From: Candidatus Eiseniibacteriota bacterium | GTDB taxonomy: Bacteria; Eisenbacteria; RBG-16-71-46 | Direction: 5' to 3' | Length of the DNA: 64,000 nt | Assembly: GCA_963707915.1 (NCBI GenBank) | Contig: OY970178.1 | Span: 1,984,001-2,048,000 of the forward strand | Part shown: piece by piece, positions 42,578 to 50,441 of the stretch | Position numbering within the stretch: position 1 is the first letter of the stretch | Layout of the letters: each line of letters begins with the position of its first letter | The notes under the pieces: generated by a model | Told to the model about the DNA's origin: nothing | Databases searched by the model: none | Seen by the model: only the letters and a program-made list of their open reading frames with translations | Program-made: the position numbers and the translations under genes

Positions 42578-43977
42578 GCGAGCCGACCCTGCAGGCCGTG
42601 ACCGGCACCGCGGCACCGGCCTGGAAGCCGCAGATCACCGCCATCGTCTGCAACTGGTGCACCTACGCCGGCGCCGACATGGCGGGGACCACGCGGCGCG
42701 AGTACCCGGCGAGCGTGCGCCTGCTGCGCGTGCCGTGCAGCGGGCGGGTGAACCCGCTCTTCATCCTCAAGTCGTTCGAGCAGGGCGCCGACGGCGTGCT
42801 GGTCTCGGGCTGCCACCCCGGCGACTGCCACTACGTGCAGGGGAACTTCTTCGCGCGGCGCCGCTTCGCGGCCTTCCGCTCGCTGCTGCACTTCCTCGGC
42901 GTCGACCCGCGGCGGGTGCACTTCTCCTGGATCTCGGCCTCGGAGGGCATCAAGTGGTCGCGGGTGGTCGGCGACGTGACCCGCGCGGTGACCGAGGCCG
43001 GCCCGCTCGCCGACTGGGGCAAGGTCCGCCCGCAGGCGCCGGTGACGCTGCCCGAGCCGGCCGACCCCAGGCCGCGGCCCGCCGACGCCGAACTGGCGGC
43101 GGTCACCGGCCACGCGCGCGAGCTGGCGGCGTCGCTGCTGCGCGAGGGCAAGGTCGCGTTCGTGCTGGGCTGGACGCCCGGCCCGATCCCCGGCCAGACC
43201 GTCCCCGCCTTCATCCAGCGGCCCGAGGATGCGGCGACCCTGGTGTTCGGCACGGACAGCCACGCCGACCTGGCCGCCTACCTGGCCGGCCCGCGCAAGG
43301 TGGCCGGCAAGGTCGCCGTGCTGGTGAAGGCCTGTGACGCGCGGGCCGCGACGACGCTGCTGGCCGAGGGCCAGCTGGTGCGCGAGGACGTGGTCCTGGT
43401 CGGCGTGTCCTGCCCGGGCATGTGGCGTGACGACCGGCTCGCCTACCGCTGCCACTCCTGCGACGGCGAGGTCGGCGCCCTCTGCGACTTCACCGTGAGC
43501 GCCGCGGGCGTGCAGGCCGGGGCGGTCCGGGGCGACGCGCAGCGGGCCACCGGGCCCGATCCGCGCGACGTCCAGAACACGTACCTCGAGTCCCTGCCCC
43601 CGGCCCAGCGCTGGGCCTTCTGGCAGGAACAGTTCGCCGACTGCGTGCGCTGCTACGCCTGCCGCGCGGTCTGCCCGATGTGCTACTGCGGGACGTGCAT
43701 CTCCGAGCAGCACCGCCCCCAGTGGGTGCCCACCTCGATCGACGGACGAGCCAACACGGCCTGGAACCTGATCCGCGCCTACCACCTGAGCGGCCGCTGC
43801 GCGGGCTGCGACGAGTGCGAGCGCGTCTGCCCGGCCAACATCCGCCTCGACCTGATCAACCGGCGACTGGCGCTGGAGCTCGAGCAGCGCTTCGACTATC
43901 GCGCGGGGACCGACCCGGAGGGGGCGCCGCCGCTGGCAACCTTCCGGCCGGACGACCCGCAGGAGTTCATCTACTGA
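42574..43977 (+). CDS. MvhD [2Fe-2S] domain fused to an FrhB/FdhB-like 4Fe-4S domain (FlxCD-like)
   Basis: CNWCTYAGAD, RVPCSGRV, GCHPGDCHY, WISASEG; C-terminal CVRCYACRAVCPMCYC and GRCAGCDECERVCP. Confidence 0.9.
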   Translation: MSEPTLQAVTGTAAPAWKPQITAIVCNWCTYAGADMAGTTRREYPASVRLLRVPCSGRVNPLFILKSFEQGADGVLVSGCHPGDCHYVQGNFFARRRFAAFRSLLHFLGVDPRRVHFSWISASEGIKWSRVVGDVTRAVTEAGPLADWGKVRPQAPVTLPEPADPRPRPADAELAAVTGHARELAASLLREGKVAFVLGWTPGPIPGQTVPAFIQRPEDAATLVFGTDSHADLAAYLAGPRKVAGKVAVLVKACDARAATTLLAEGQLVREDVVLVGVSCPGMWRDDRLAYRCHSCDGEVGALCDFTVSAAGVQAGAVRGDAQRATGPDPRDVQNTYLESLPPAQRWAFWQEQFADCVRCYACRAVCPMCYCGTCISEQHRPQWVPTSIDGRANTAWNLIRAYHLSGRCAGCDECERVCPANIRLDLINRRLALELEQRFDYRAGTDPEGAPPLATFRPDDPQEFIY

Positions 43978-45047
43978 TGAGCACGCCGTCGGAAGGACCG
44001 ACCCATCGCCTCGGGCAGGACCAGCTGGCGTCGTGGCTGGACGCGCTGATCGCCGAGCGCAGGCGCGTCTACGCGCCGGTGCTGCGGCGCGGGCTGCGGG
44101 TGCTGCGCGTGGTGGACCGGGCGCAGGACGCGGACCTCGCGCCCGGCCGGACCCGCTGGTCGCCCAAGGAGGCCCTGTTCCCGCGCACCGAGACGTTGTT
44201 CTCCTACGAGAACGGCAACGGGACGCCGGTGCTCACCGACCCGCCGGCGGACGACGTCGCGCAGGTCCTGTTCGGCGTGCAGCCCTGCGACGCCGCGGGG
44301 CTGGTGCGGCTCGACGCCATCCTGCTCCAGGACCCGTTCTACGCGCGGCGCCGCGAGCTCACCACGGTGGTCGCCATCGCCTGCTCCGAGGCCGCTCCCG
44401 AGTGCTTCTGCACCGCGGTCGGCGGGTCGCCCGCGGGCGAGGAGGGCGTGGACGTCCTGCTGGCGCCGCACGAGGGGGGCTGGCTGGTCCGCGCGCTGAG
44501 CCCGAAGGGCGAGGCCCTGCTCGCCCCGCGGCGGGGCGACTGGCCGTCGGCCGCCGCGGGCGCGTGGGCGTCGGCCCTCCAGCAGGCGGGCCGGGTGGCC
44601 GCGGGCATGGACCGCCGCGAGATCCCGGCGGAGTGGGCCGCGACGCTCGAGCAGAGCTTCGACGACCCGCGCTGGGAGGCGCTCGCCCGCCGCTGCGTCG
44701 GCTGCAGCATCTGCGCCTACGTCTGCCCGTCGTGCTCCTGCTTCGACGTGGCCGACGAGGGCAGCGACGCCTGCGGCACGCGCTGCCGGACCTGGGACAG
44801 CTGCTCGTTCCGAATGTTCACGCTGCACGGCTCGGGGCACAACCCCCGGCCCGCCCAGGCCGAGCGGTCGCGCCAGCGCGTGCTGCACAAGTTCGCGTTC
44901 TACCCGCTGCAGCACGGCGGCCGGGCGATGTGCGTCGGCTGCGGCCGCTGCATCCGGTCCTGTCCCGTGGGGATGGACATCCACGCGGAGGTCGTCGAGG
45001 TGATGTCCGGGAGACCGGAGAAGGAGTCGAAGGATGTCGAACGCTGA
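43977..45047 (+). CDS. AsrA/HydB-like 4Fe-4S protein (FlxB-like)
   Basis: TGATG coupling; SPKEALFP, FGVQPCD, CFCTAVG, CVGCSICAYVCPSCSCFD, R.WDSC, CVGCGRCIRSCP. Confidence 0.9.
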   Translation: MSTPSEGPTHRLGQDQLASWLDALIAERRRVYAPVLRRGLRVLRVVDRAQDADLAPGRTRWSPKEALFPRTETLFSYENGNGTPVLTDPPADDVAQVLFGVQPCDAAGLVRLDAILLQDPFYARRRELTTVVAIACSEAAPECFCTAVGGSPAGEEGVDVLLAPHEGGWLVRALSPKGEALLAPRRGDWPSAAAGAWASALQQAGRVAAGMDRREIPAEWAATLEQSFDDPRWEALARRCVGCSICAYVCPSCSCFDVADEGSDACGTRCRTWDSCSFRMFTLHGSGHNPRPAQAERSRQRVLHKFAFYPLQHGGRAMCVGCGRCIRSCPVGMDIHAEVVEVMSGRPEKESKDVER

Positions 45048-45921
45048 GACCGTGGCCGGACCGGCGCGCGCCGCCGGCGCACAGGCCGGGCCGCTCGAGA
45101 GCCCGCTCAAGCCGCGCCTGATGCGCATCGTCGAAGCCTGGGACGAGACGCCGGACGTGCGCAGCCTGCGGCTCCAGCCGGTCGACGACGGCCCGCCGGT
45201 GCGCTGGCTGCCCGGGCAGTTCGGCGAGTTCTCGGTGTTCGGAGCGGGCGAGGCGGTCTTCACCATGGCGAACTCACCGTCGCGCGGGGACTTCGTCGAA
45301 TGCGGCTTCCGCGCGCTGGGCAAGGTGACCTGGGCGCTGCGCGACCTGGCGGTGGGCCAGGTGATCGGCTATCGCGGCCCCTACGGGAACTCCTTCCCCG
45401 TCGACTCGTGGCGCGGCAAGGACCTGGTCTTCGTCGGCGGCGGCATCGGCACGGTCGCGCTGCGCGCGCCGCTGCAGTGGGTGCTCGACCACCGCGACGA
45501 CTTCGGCGAGGTCGTGGTGCTGAACGGCGCCCGCAGCGTCGCCGACCTCTGCTACCAGCAGGAGATGCCGGCCTGGGCGGAGGTGCCGGGGGTCCGCGTG
45601 GTACGGACGGTCGACCCGGGCGGCGAGACCCCGGAGTGGGACGGCGAGGTCGGCCTGCTGCCGACGGTGTTCGAGCGGCTGGGCCTGGCGCCGGGCCGCC
45701 GCGTCGTCGTCACCTGCGGCCCGCCCATCATGCTGCACTACCTGTTCCAGTCGCTCGAGAAGCTGCAATTCCCGCCGGACGACGTGGTGACCACGCTCGA
45801 GAACAAGATGAAGTGCGGTCTCGGGCTGTGCGGCCGCTGCAACGTCGGGCGCCTGTTCGTGTGCGTGGACGGTCCCGTGTTCACCTGGGCCCGCCTCAAG
45901 ACCCTGCCCAGGGACTACTAG
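45034..45921 (+). CDS. FAD/NAD(P)-binding FNR-family subunit with [2Fe-2S] (FlxA/AsrB/HydG-like)
   Basis: PGQF, GKVT, GYRGPYGNSF, GGGIG, CGPPIM, MKCGLGLCGRC...CVDGPVF. Confidence 0.92.
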   Translation: MSNAETVAGPARAAGAQAGPLESPLKPRLMRIVEAWDETPDVRSLRLQPVDDGPPVRWLPGQFGEFSVFGAGEAVFTMANSPSRGDFVECGFRALGKVTWALRDLAVGQVIGYRGPYGNSFPVDSWRGKDLVFVGGGIGTVALRAPLQWVLDHRDDFGEVVVLNGARSVADLCYQQEMPAWAEVPGVRVVRTVDPGGETPEWDGEVGLLPTVFERLGLAPGRRVVVTCGPPIMLHYLFQSLEKLQFPPDDVVTTLENKMKCGLGLCGRCNVGRLFVCVDGPVFTWARLKTLPRDY

Positions 45922-45933
45922 GAGAGGAGAGTC

Positions 45934-46833
45934 ATGCGCTTGGCCCGCGAGTTGGAGGAGGAGCTCGGCTCGGAGCACTGGACCGAGGAGGTGCTCGAGG
46001 AGGCGCTCTCGCACCCCACCGAGGAGTTCCTGCGGAAGGACCGGCTCCCCCACATCTGGTGCCCGGGGTGCGGCATCGGGGTGACGACCAACGCGTTCGT
46101 GCAGGCGCTGACCGAGGCCGGCGTGGACCGCGACAAGCTGGTCGTGGTCTCGGGCATCGGCTGCACCGGCCGCGTGTCGGGCTACATGGACTGCGACACC
46201 TTCCACACCACGCACGGCCGCGCCATCCCCTACGCGCTCGGCCTGCACATGACCAACCCGGACCTCAAGATCGTGGTGGTGAGCGGGGACGGCGACCTCC
46301 TGTCGATCGGCGGCAACCACCTGATCCACGCCGCGCGCCGCAACCCCAACATCACCGTCATCTGCGTGAACAACTTCAACTACGGCATGACCGGCGGCCA
46401 GTGCGGGCCCACCAGCCAGCACGACGCCCGCACCGTCACCACGCCGTTCGGCAACATGGAGTACCCGTTCAACGTGCCCCTGCTGATCGGCTCGGCCGGC
46501 GCGACCTACCTGGCCCGCTGGACGGTGCTCGACCTGGGCCGGGTGCGCCGCTCGATGGTGGAGGCGCTCCAGCACAAGGGGTTCGCCTTCGTCGAGGTCG
46601 TCTCCCCGTGCCCGATCTACTACGTCCGCTTCAACAAGCGCGGCGAGGCCGTGGACGAGCTGCGCTACTACCGGGACCACTCCGAGGTGAAGGACTTCGC
46701 TCCGCTCGAGGAGTGCGACCTGACCCTCGGCGGGAAGATCGTGGTCGGCAAGTTCATCGACAAGCAGCGGCCCACCCTGTACGACCTGCTGATGCGTGAC
46801 CAGATCCAGAAGGCCCAGGCCCGGAAGAAATAG
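45934..46833 (+). CDS. korB: 2-oxoacid:ferredoxin oxidoreductase beta subunit (TPP-binding)
   Basis: WCPGCG, SGIGC, HTTHGRA, GDGD..SIGGNH, NNFNYGMTGGQ, SPCP. Confidence 0.95.
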   Translation: MRLARELEEELGSEHWTEEVLEEALSHPTEEFLRKDRLPHIWCPGCGIGVTTNAFVQALTEAGVDRDKLVVVSGIGCTGRVSGYMDCDTFHTTHGRAIPYALGLHMTNPDLKIVVVSGDGDLLSIGGNHLIHAARRNPNITVICVNNFNYGMTGGQCGPTSQHDARTVTTPFGNMEYPFNVPLLIGSAGATYLARWTVLDLGRVRRSMVEALQHKGFAFVEVVSPCPIYYVRFNKRGEAVDELRYYRDHSEVKDFAPLEECDLTLGGKIVVGKFIDKQRPTLYDLLMRDQIQKAQARKK

Positions 46834-46842
46834 GAGTCGGCG

Positions 46843-47412
46843 ATGAGCGCGAAGAAGAACCACATCGAGGTGCGGCTGAGCGGCTTCGGCGGCCAGGGCC
46901 TGGTGCTCGCGGGGATCGTGCTCGGGCGCGCGGCGGCCGTCCACGAGCGCCGCAACGCGGTCATGGCCCAGAGCTACGGGCCCGAGTCGCGGGGCGGCGC
47001 GTCCTGCGCCGAGGTCATCATCGACGACGGGGACATCGACTACCCGCACGTCATCGCTCCCGACGTCGTGCTGGTGCTCTCGCAGGAGGCCTACGCCAGG
47101 TACGGGAAGACCCGCGCGCCCGGCGTGCTGATGATCGCCGAGAAGGACATCGTCCAGCTCGACCCCGCCGCCGAGGCGGGTCGCCGGTCGATGCGCGTGC
47201 CGTTCACCGCGCTCGCCGAGAAAGTCGGGCGCCGCATCGTGCTGAACATGGTCGCGCTCGGCTTCCTGTGCCGCGCGACCGGCGTGGTCAGCCGCGAGGC
47301 CCTGCGGGAGGCGATCAAGGCGTCGGTGCCGCGCGGCACGGACGAGTTGAACCTGCGCGCCTTCGACGCCGGGCACGAGTACACCGAAGGCCTGGTGGAG
47401 GCCGCGCGATGA
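46843..47412 (+). CDS. korC: 2-oxoacid:ferredoxin oxidoreductase gamma subunit
   Basis: SGFGGQG, QSYGPESRGG, NMVALG, NLRAFDAG. Confidence 0.93.
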   Translation: MSAKKNHIEVRLSGFGGQGLVLAGIVLGRAAAVHERRNAVMAQSYGPESRGGASCAEVIIDDGDIDYPHVIAPDVVLVLSQEAYARYGKTRAPGVLMIAEKDIVQLDPAAEAGRRSMRVPFTALAEKVGRRIVLNMVALGFLCRATGVVSREALREAIKASVPRGTDELNLRAFDAGHEYTEGLVEAAR

Positions 47413-48785
47413 CGCAGCCGGCCCTCGCGCCCGGCCACGAGGCCACCGACCACGAGGCGGTGGACCGGCCGATCCGCGAGATCGAGCGCAAGAGCGAGCA
47501 GAACCTCTGGGCCTGCTACCAGTGCGGCCGCTGCACCGCGGACTGCCCGTTCTCGCTGACGCCGAGCCTGGCGGTGCGGCTCCTGCAACTCGGGCAGCTG
47601 GAGGCCGCGCGCAGCCTGGCCACGACCTGGGACTGCGCGAGCTGCTACTCCTGCCAGACCGGGTGCCCGAAGGGCGTCAGCCCGGCGCGGGTGATGAAGG
47701 CACTGCGCGCGCTCGACGGCGGGCAGATGCCCGCGGTCTTCACGCAGCCTGCCGAGCTGCTGGGCCGCAACGGCGACCCGCTCCCGCTCTCCGCGCGCCG
47801 GCCCCGCTGGACGCCGCGCGCCGGCCTCGCCGCGTGGACCCGGCGGATGCGCGCCCGCGCGCTGGCCTCGATGCCCCTGGCGTTCCCGCTGATGAGCGCG
47901 GTCGCGCCGCTCAGCAACCGGATGATGAAGCTGCCCGGCGCGCGGCAACTCGCCCACCTGGTCCTGGGCGTGCACCGCGACCGCAAGCTCCCCACCTTCG
48001 CCGCCCGCTCGTTCCCGGCCTGGTTCGCGACCCACCCGCCGCTCGGCGACGGCCGTCGCGGCGCCGTGATCCTGTTCCACGACGAGTTCATGGACTACAA
48101 CTACCCCCAGACCGGCATCGCGGTGACCGAGATCCTCGAGCGCGCCGGCTACCGGGTCGAGCTGTTCCGCGGCGCCTGCTGCGGCCGGCCGATGATCTCG
48201 AAGGGACTCGAGGAGGGCGCCTCCGCCTGCGCCGTGAAGAACGTCCCCATCCTGCACGAGGCGGCCAGCCGCGGCGCGTACATCGTGGGCTGCGAGCCGT
48301 CCTGCCTGCTCACACTCCGCGACGAGTACCTGCACCTCGTGCCGCAGGGCCTCGAGGCGCAGGCCCGGGCGGTCGCCCGCCAGGCGTTCCTGATCGACGA
48401 GTTCCTGGTCATGCTCCACGCGAAGGGCGAGCTCGAGCTCACCTTCCGCGCACCCGACACGCTGCGGCCCGTGCTGTTCCACGGGCACTGCCACCAGAAG
48501 GCCTTCGCGGACGCGTCGAAGAGCGTCGCACTGCTGGAGCTCGCCGGCTACGACGTGGAGTTCGTCAACGCGGCGTGCTGCGGCATGGCGGGCCTGCACG
48601 GCTTCGAGAAGCGGCATTTCGAGGCCTCGCGCGCTGCCTGCGAGCGCTCGGTGCTCCCGGCGGTACGTTCGCGGCCCGACGCCGACCTCGTCATCATGGG
48701 TGTGTCCTGCCGCCAGCAGATGGAGCAGTTCACCGAGCGCCCGGTCCGCCACCTCGTCGAGGCCGTGCGCGACGCCCTCGCCTGA
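47409..48785 (+). CDS. HdrC-like ferredoxin fused to two CCG domains (HdrD/GlpC-like Fe-S oxidoreductase)
   Basis: ATG 47409; CYQCGRCTADCP, CASCYSCQTGCP; ACCGRP, GCEPSC, HGHCHQK, ACCGMAG, GVSCRQQ. Confidence 0.88.
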   Translation: MTQPALAPGHEATDHEAVDRPIREIERKSEQNLWACYQCGRCTADCPFSLTPSLAVRLLQLGQLEAARSLATTWDCASCYSCQTGCPKGVSPARVMKALRALDGGQMPAVFTQPAELLGRNGDPLPLSARRPRWTPRAGLAAWTRRMRARALASMPLAFPLMSAVAPLSNRMMKLPGARQLAHLVLGVHRDRKLPTFAARSFPAWFATHPPLGDGRRGAVILFHDEFMDYNYPQTGIAVTEILERAGYRVELFRGACCGRPMISKGLEEGASACAVKNVPILHEAASRGAYIVGCEPSCLLTLRDEYLHLVPQGLEAQARAVARQAFLIDEFLVMLHAKGELELTFRAPDTLRPVLFHGHCHQKAFADASKSVALLELAGYDVEFVNAACCGMAGLHGFEKRHFEASRAACERSVLPAVRSRPDADLVIMGVSCRQQMEQFTERPVRHLVEAVRDALA

Positions 48786-48801
48786 TCCGCCGCGGCGACC
48801 G

Positions 48802-49254
48802 TCAGCCGGACGGGCGCCGCGGCGCGTGGATCGCGCGGTCGAGGGCCTGCAGGAAGCGCGAACGGTCCCGCGGGTCGAACGGCGGCGGACCGCCCGCCTC
48901 GATCCCGGCGCCGCGCATCTCGGCGAGCAGGTTCCGCGTCGCCAGCGCATCGCCGATGTTCGCCTCGGTGAAGGGCCGGCCGGTCGTGCCCAGCACGCCG
49001 GCGCCGGCGGCGAGGCAGCGGGCGGCGAGCGGGATGTCCGCCGTGACCACCAGGTCGCCGGGCGCGACCCGCGCCGCGATCCAGTCGTCCGCCGCGTCGA
49101 ACCCCCTGTCCACGACCTCGAGCACGACGTCCGGACCGCCCGGGACCCGCATCCAGGAGCCCGCCACGAAGGTCACCCCGAGGCCGTAGCGCTGCGCGAC
49201 CCGGACGACCTCCGGCTTCACCGGGCAGGCGTCGGCGTCAACGTAGATGCGCAC
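48802..49254 (-). CDS. YaiI/YqxD (DUF188) family protein
   Basis: IYVDADACPVK, DAADDWI, VVTADIPLA, GGPPPF..RDRSRF. Confidence 0.92.
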   Translation of the reverse strand: MRIYVDADACPVKPEVVRVAQRYGLGVTFVAGSWMRVPGGPDVVLEVVDRGFDAADDWIAARVAPGDLVVTADIPLAARCLAAGAGVLGTTGRPFTEANIGDALATRNLLAEMRGAGIEAGGPPPFDPRDRSRFLQALDRAIHAPRRPSG

Positions 49255-49318
49255 CGCCCTGCCCTCCCGGGTCCGGGATCCGGCCGCCGCCCGGCCCCGC
49301 GACGCTCCCCCGCATCCC

Positions 49319-50242
49319 TCAGGCCGGCGCGTCGAGCGACCGAGCCGCCTCGCGCAGCACCTCGGCCGAGCGCAGCAGGTCCGCCCGCTCCGCGTCCGTC
49401 ATCCCGGGCTCGAGCACGTGCTCGGCCCCGGTGGGGCTCACCACCGTCGGCAGCGACAGCGCCACGTCGCTGAGCCCCAGCGCGCCCTCCTGGACCCGCG
49501 CCACCGTCAGCACGCGCCGGGCACCCCGCAGCATCCACTTGATCAGCGTCGCGGTGACCAGCCCGATGGCGTGGGTGGTCGCCCCCTTGCGCCGGATGAC
49601 CTCGAGGCCGGCGCCGCGGACCTCCTCGGTCACCCGCGCCTCGCGCGCGGCGTCCCAGCCGGGCCAATCGCGCAGCGGCAGGCCGCCCACCCGCACGCCC
49701 GACCACAGCACCACCTCGGTCGCGCCGTGCTCGCCGATGACCTGGCCGTGGATCGAGCGCGGGTCGAGGTCGAGCTCGCGCCCCAGCACCTGCCGCAGCC
49801 GCGCGGAGTCGAGCATCGTGCCGGTGCCGATCACGCGCGCGGGCGGGAAGCCGGTGGCCCGCGTCATCACCAGCGTCATGACGTCCACCGGGTTCGTCAC
49901 CACGACCACGATGCCGCGCCCGCCGCGCAACTGCCGGCCGATGTCGGTCACGATGCCCGCGTTGGTCGCCAGCAACTGGAGCCGCGACTGCCCCGGGGCG
50001 CGGCCGACGCCCGCCGTGACCACCACCGCGTCGCAATCGAGCATGTCCGCGATGGTGCCCGCGCGCACCCGCGCCGTGGGATAGAACGCCGAGCCCTGGA
50101 GGAGGTCCATGGCCTCGCCCTCGGCGACGTCCGGTCGCGCGTCGTGCAGGACCAGCTCGCCCGCCGCGCCGAAGTGGAGCAGCGACAGGGCGACGCTCAC
50201 GCCGACGCCGCCGGTACCGATGATGCCGACCTTCACGCGCAT
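49319..50242 (-). CDS. ldh: L-lactate dehydrogenase
   Basis: ATG 50242; GTGGVG, GQSRLQL (Gln at the specificity position), TNPVD, GTMLDSAR, GEHG, RKGAT. Confidence 0.85.
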   Translation of the reverse strand: MRVKVGIIGTGGVGVSVALSLLHFGAAGELVLHDARPDVAEGEAMDLLQGSAFYPTARVRAGTIADMLDCDAVVVTAGVGRAPGQSRLQLLATNAGIVTDIGRQLRGGRGIVVVVTNPVDVMTLVMTRATGFPPARVIGTGTMLDSARLRQVLGRELDLDPRSIHGQVIGEHGATEVVLWSGVRVGGLPLRDWPGWDAAREARVTEEVRGAGLEVIRRKGATTHAIGLVTATLIKWMLRGARRVLTVARVQEGALGLSDVALSLPTVVSPTGAEHVLEPGMTDAERADLLRSAEVLREAARSLDAPA

Positions 50243-50372
50243 GGCTGGCTCCCCATCCGGTCGAGGTGTGCGGGCACGTCCGGCCGGGAACATAGCCCAG
50301 AACCCCGGTCGCCGCCGATCCGCCGCTCCCGGGCCCGCCCGCCGGCGGCCGGCGCGCCGCGCGGCCCCAAGC

Positions 50373-50402
50373 CCGACGGCCACCCGGGTGGGTGGCCGTC
50401 GG
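50373..50402 (-). terminator. 13-bp hairpin downstream of the PLD-domain gene
   Basis: ccgacggccaccc-gggt-gggtggccgtcgg. Confidence 0.55.
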
Positions 50403-50441
50403 CAGGTCGGGACCGGTGCCCCGGCTCGGGGGCGGTCCGCG

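Noticed and set aside
39455..43977. Apparent 1040-aa and 1171-aa fusion ORFs
   Set aside because: N-terminal extensions are off-frame read-through of korA and hdrA; real starts are 40571 and 42574.
40571..43977. Selenocysteine recoding in HdrA/MvhD
   Set aside because: All relevant positions are Cys and no in-frame TGA is present.
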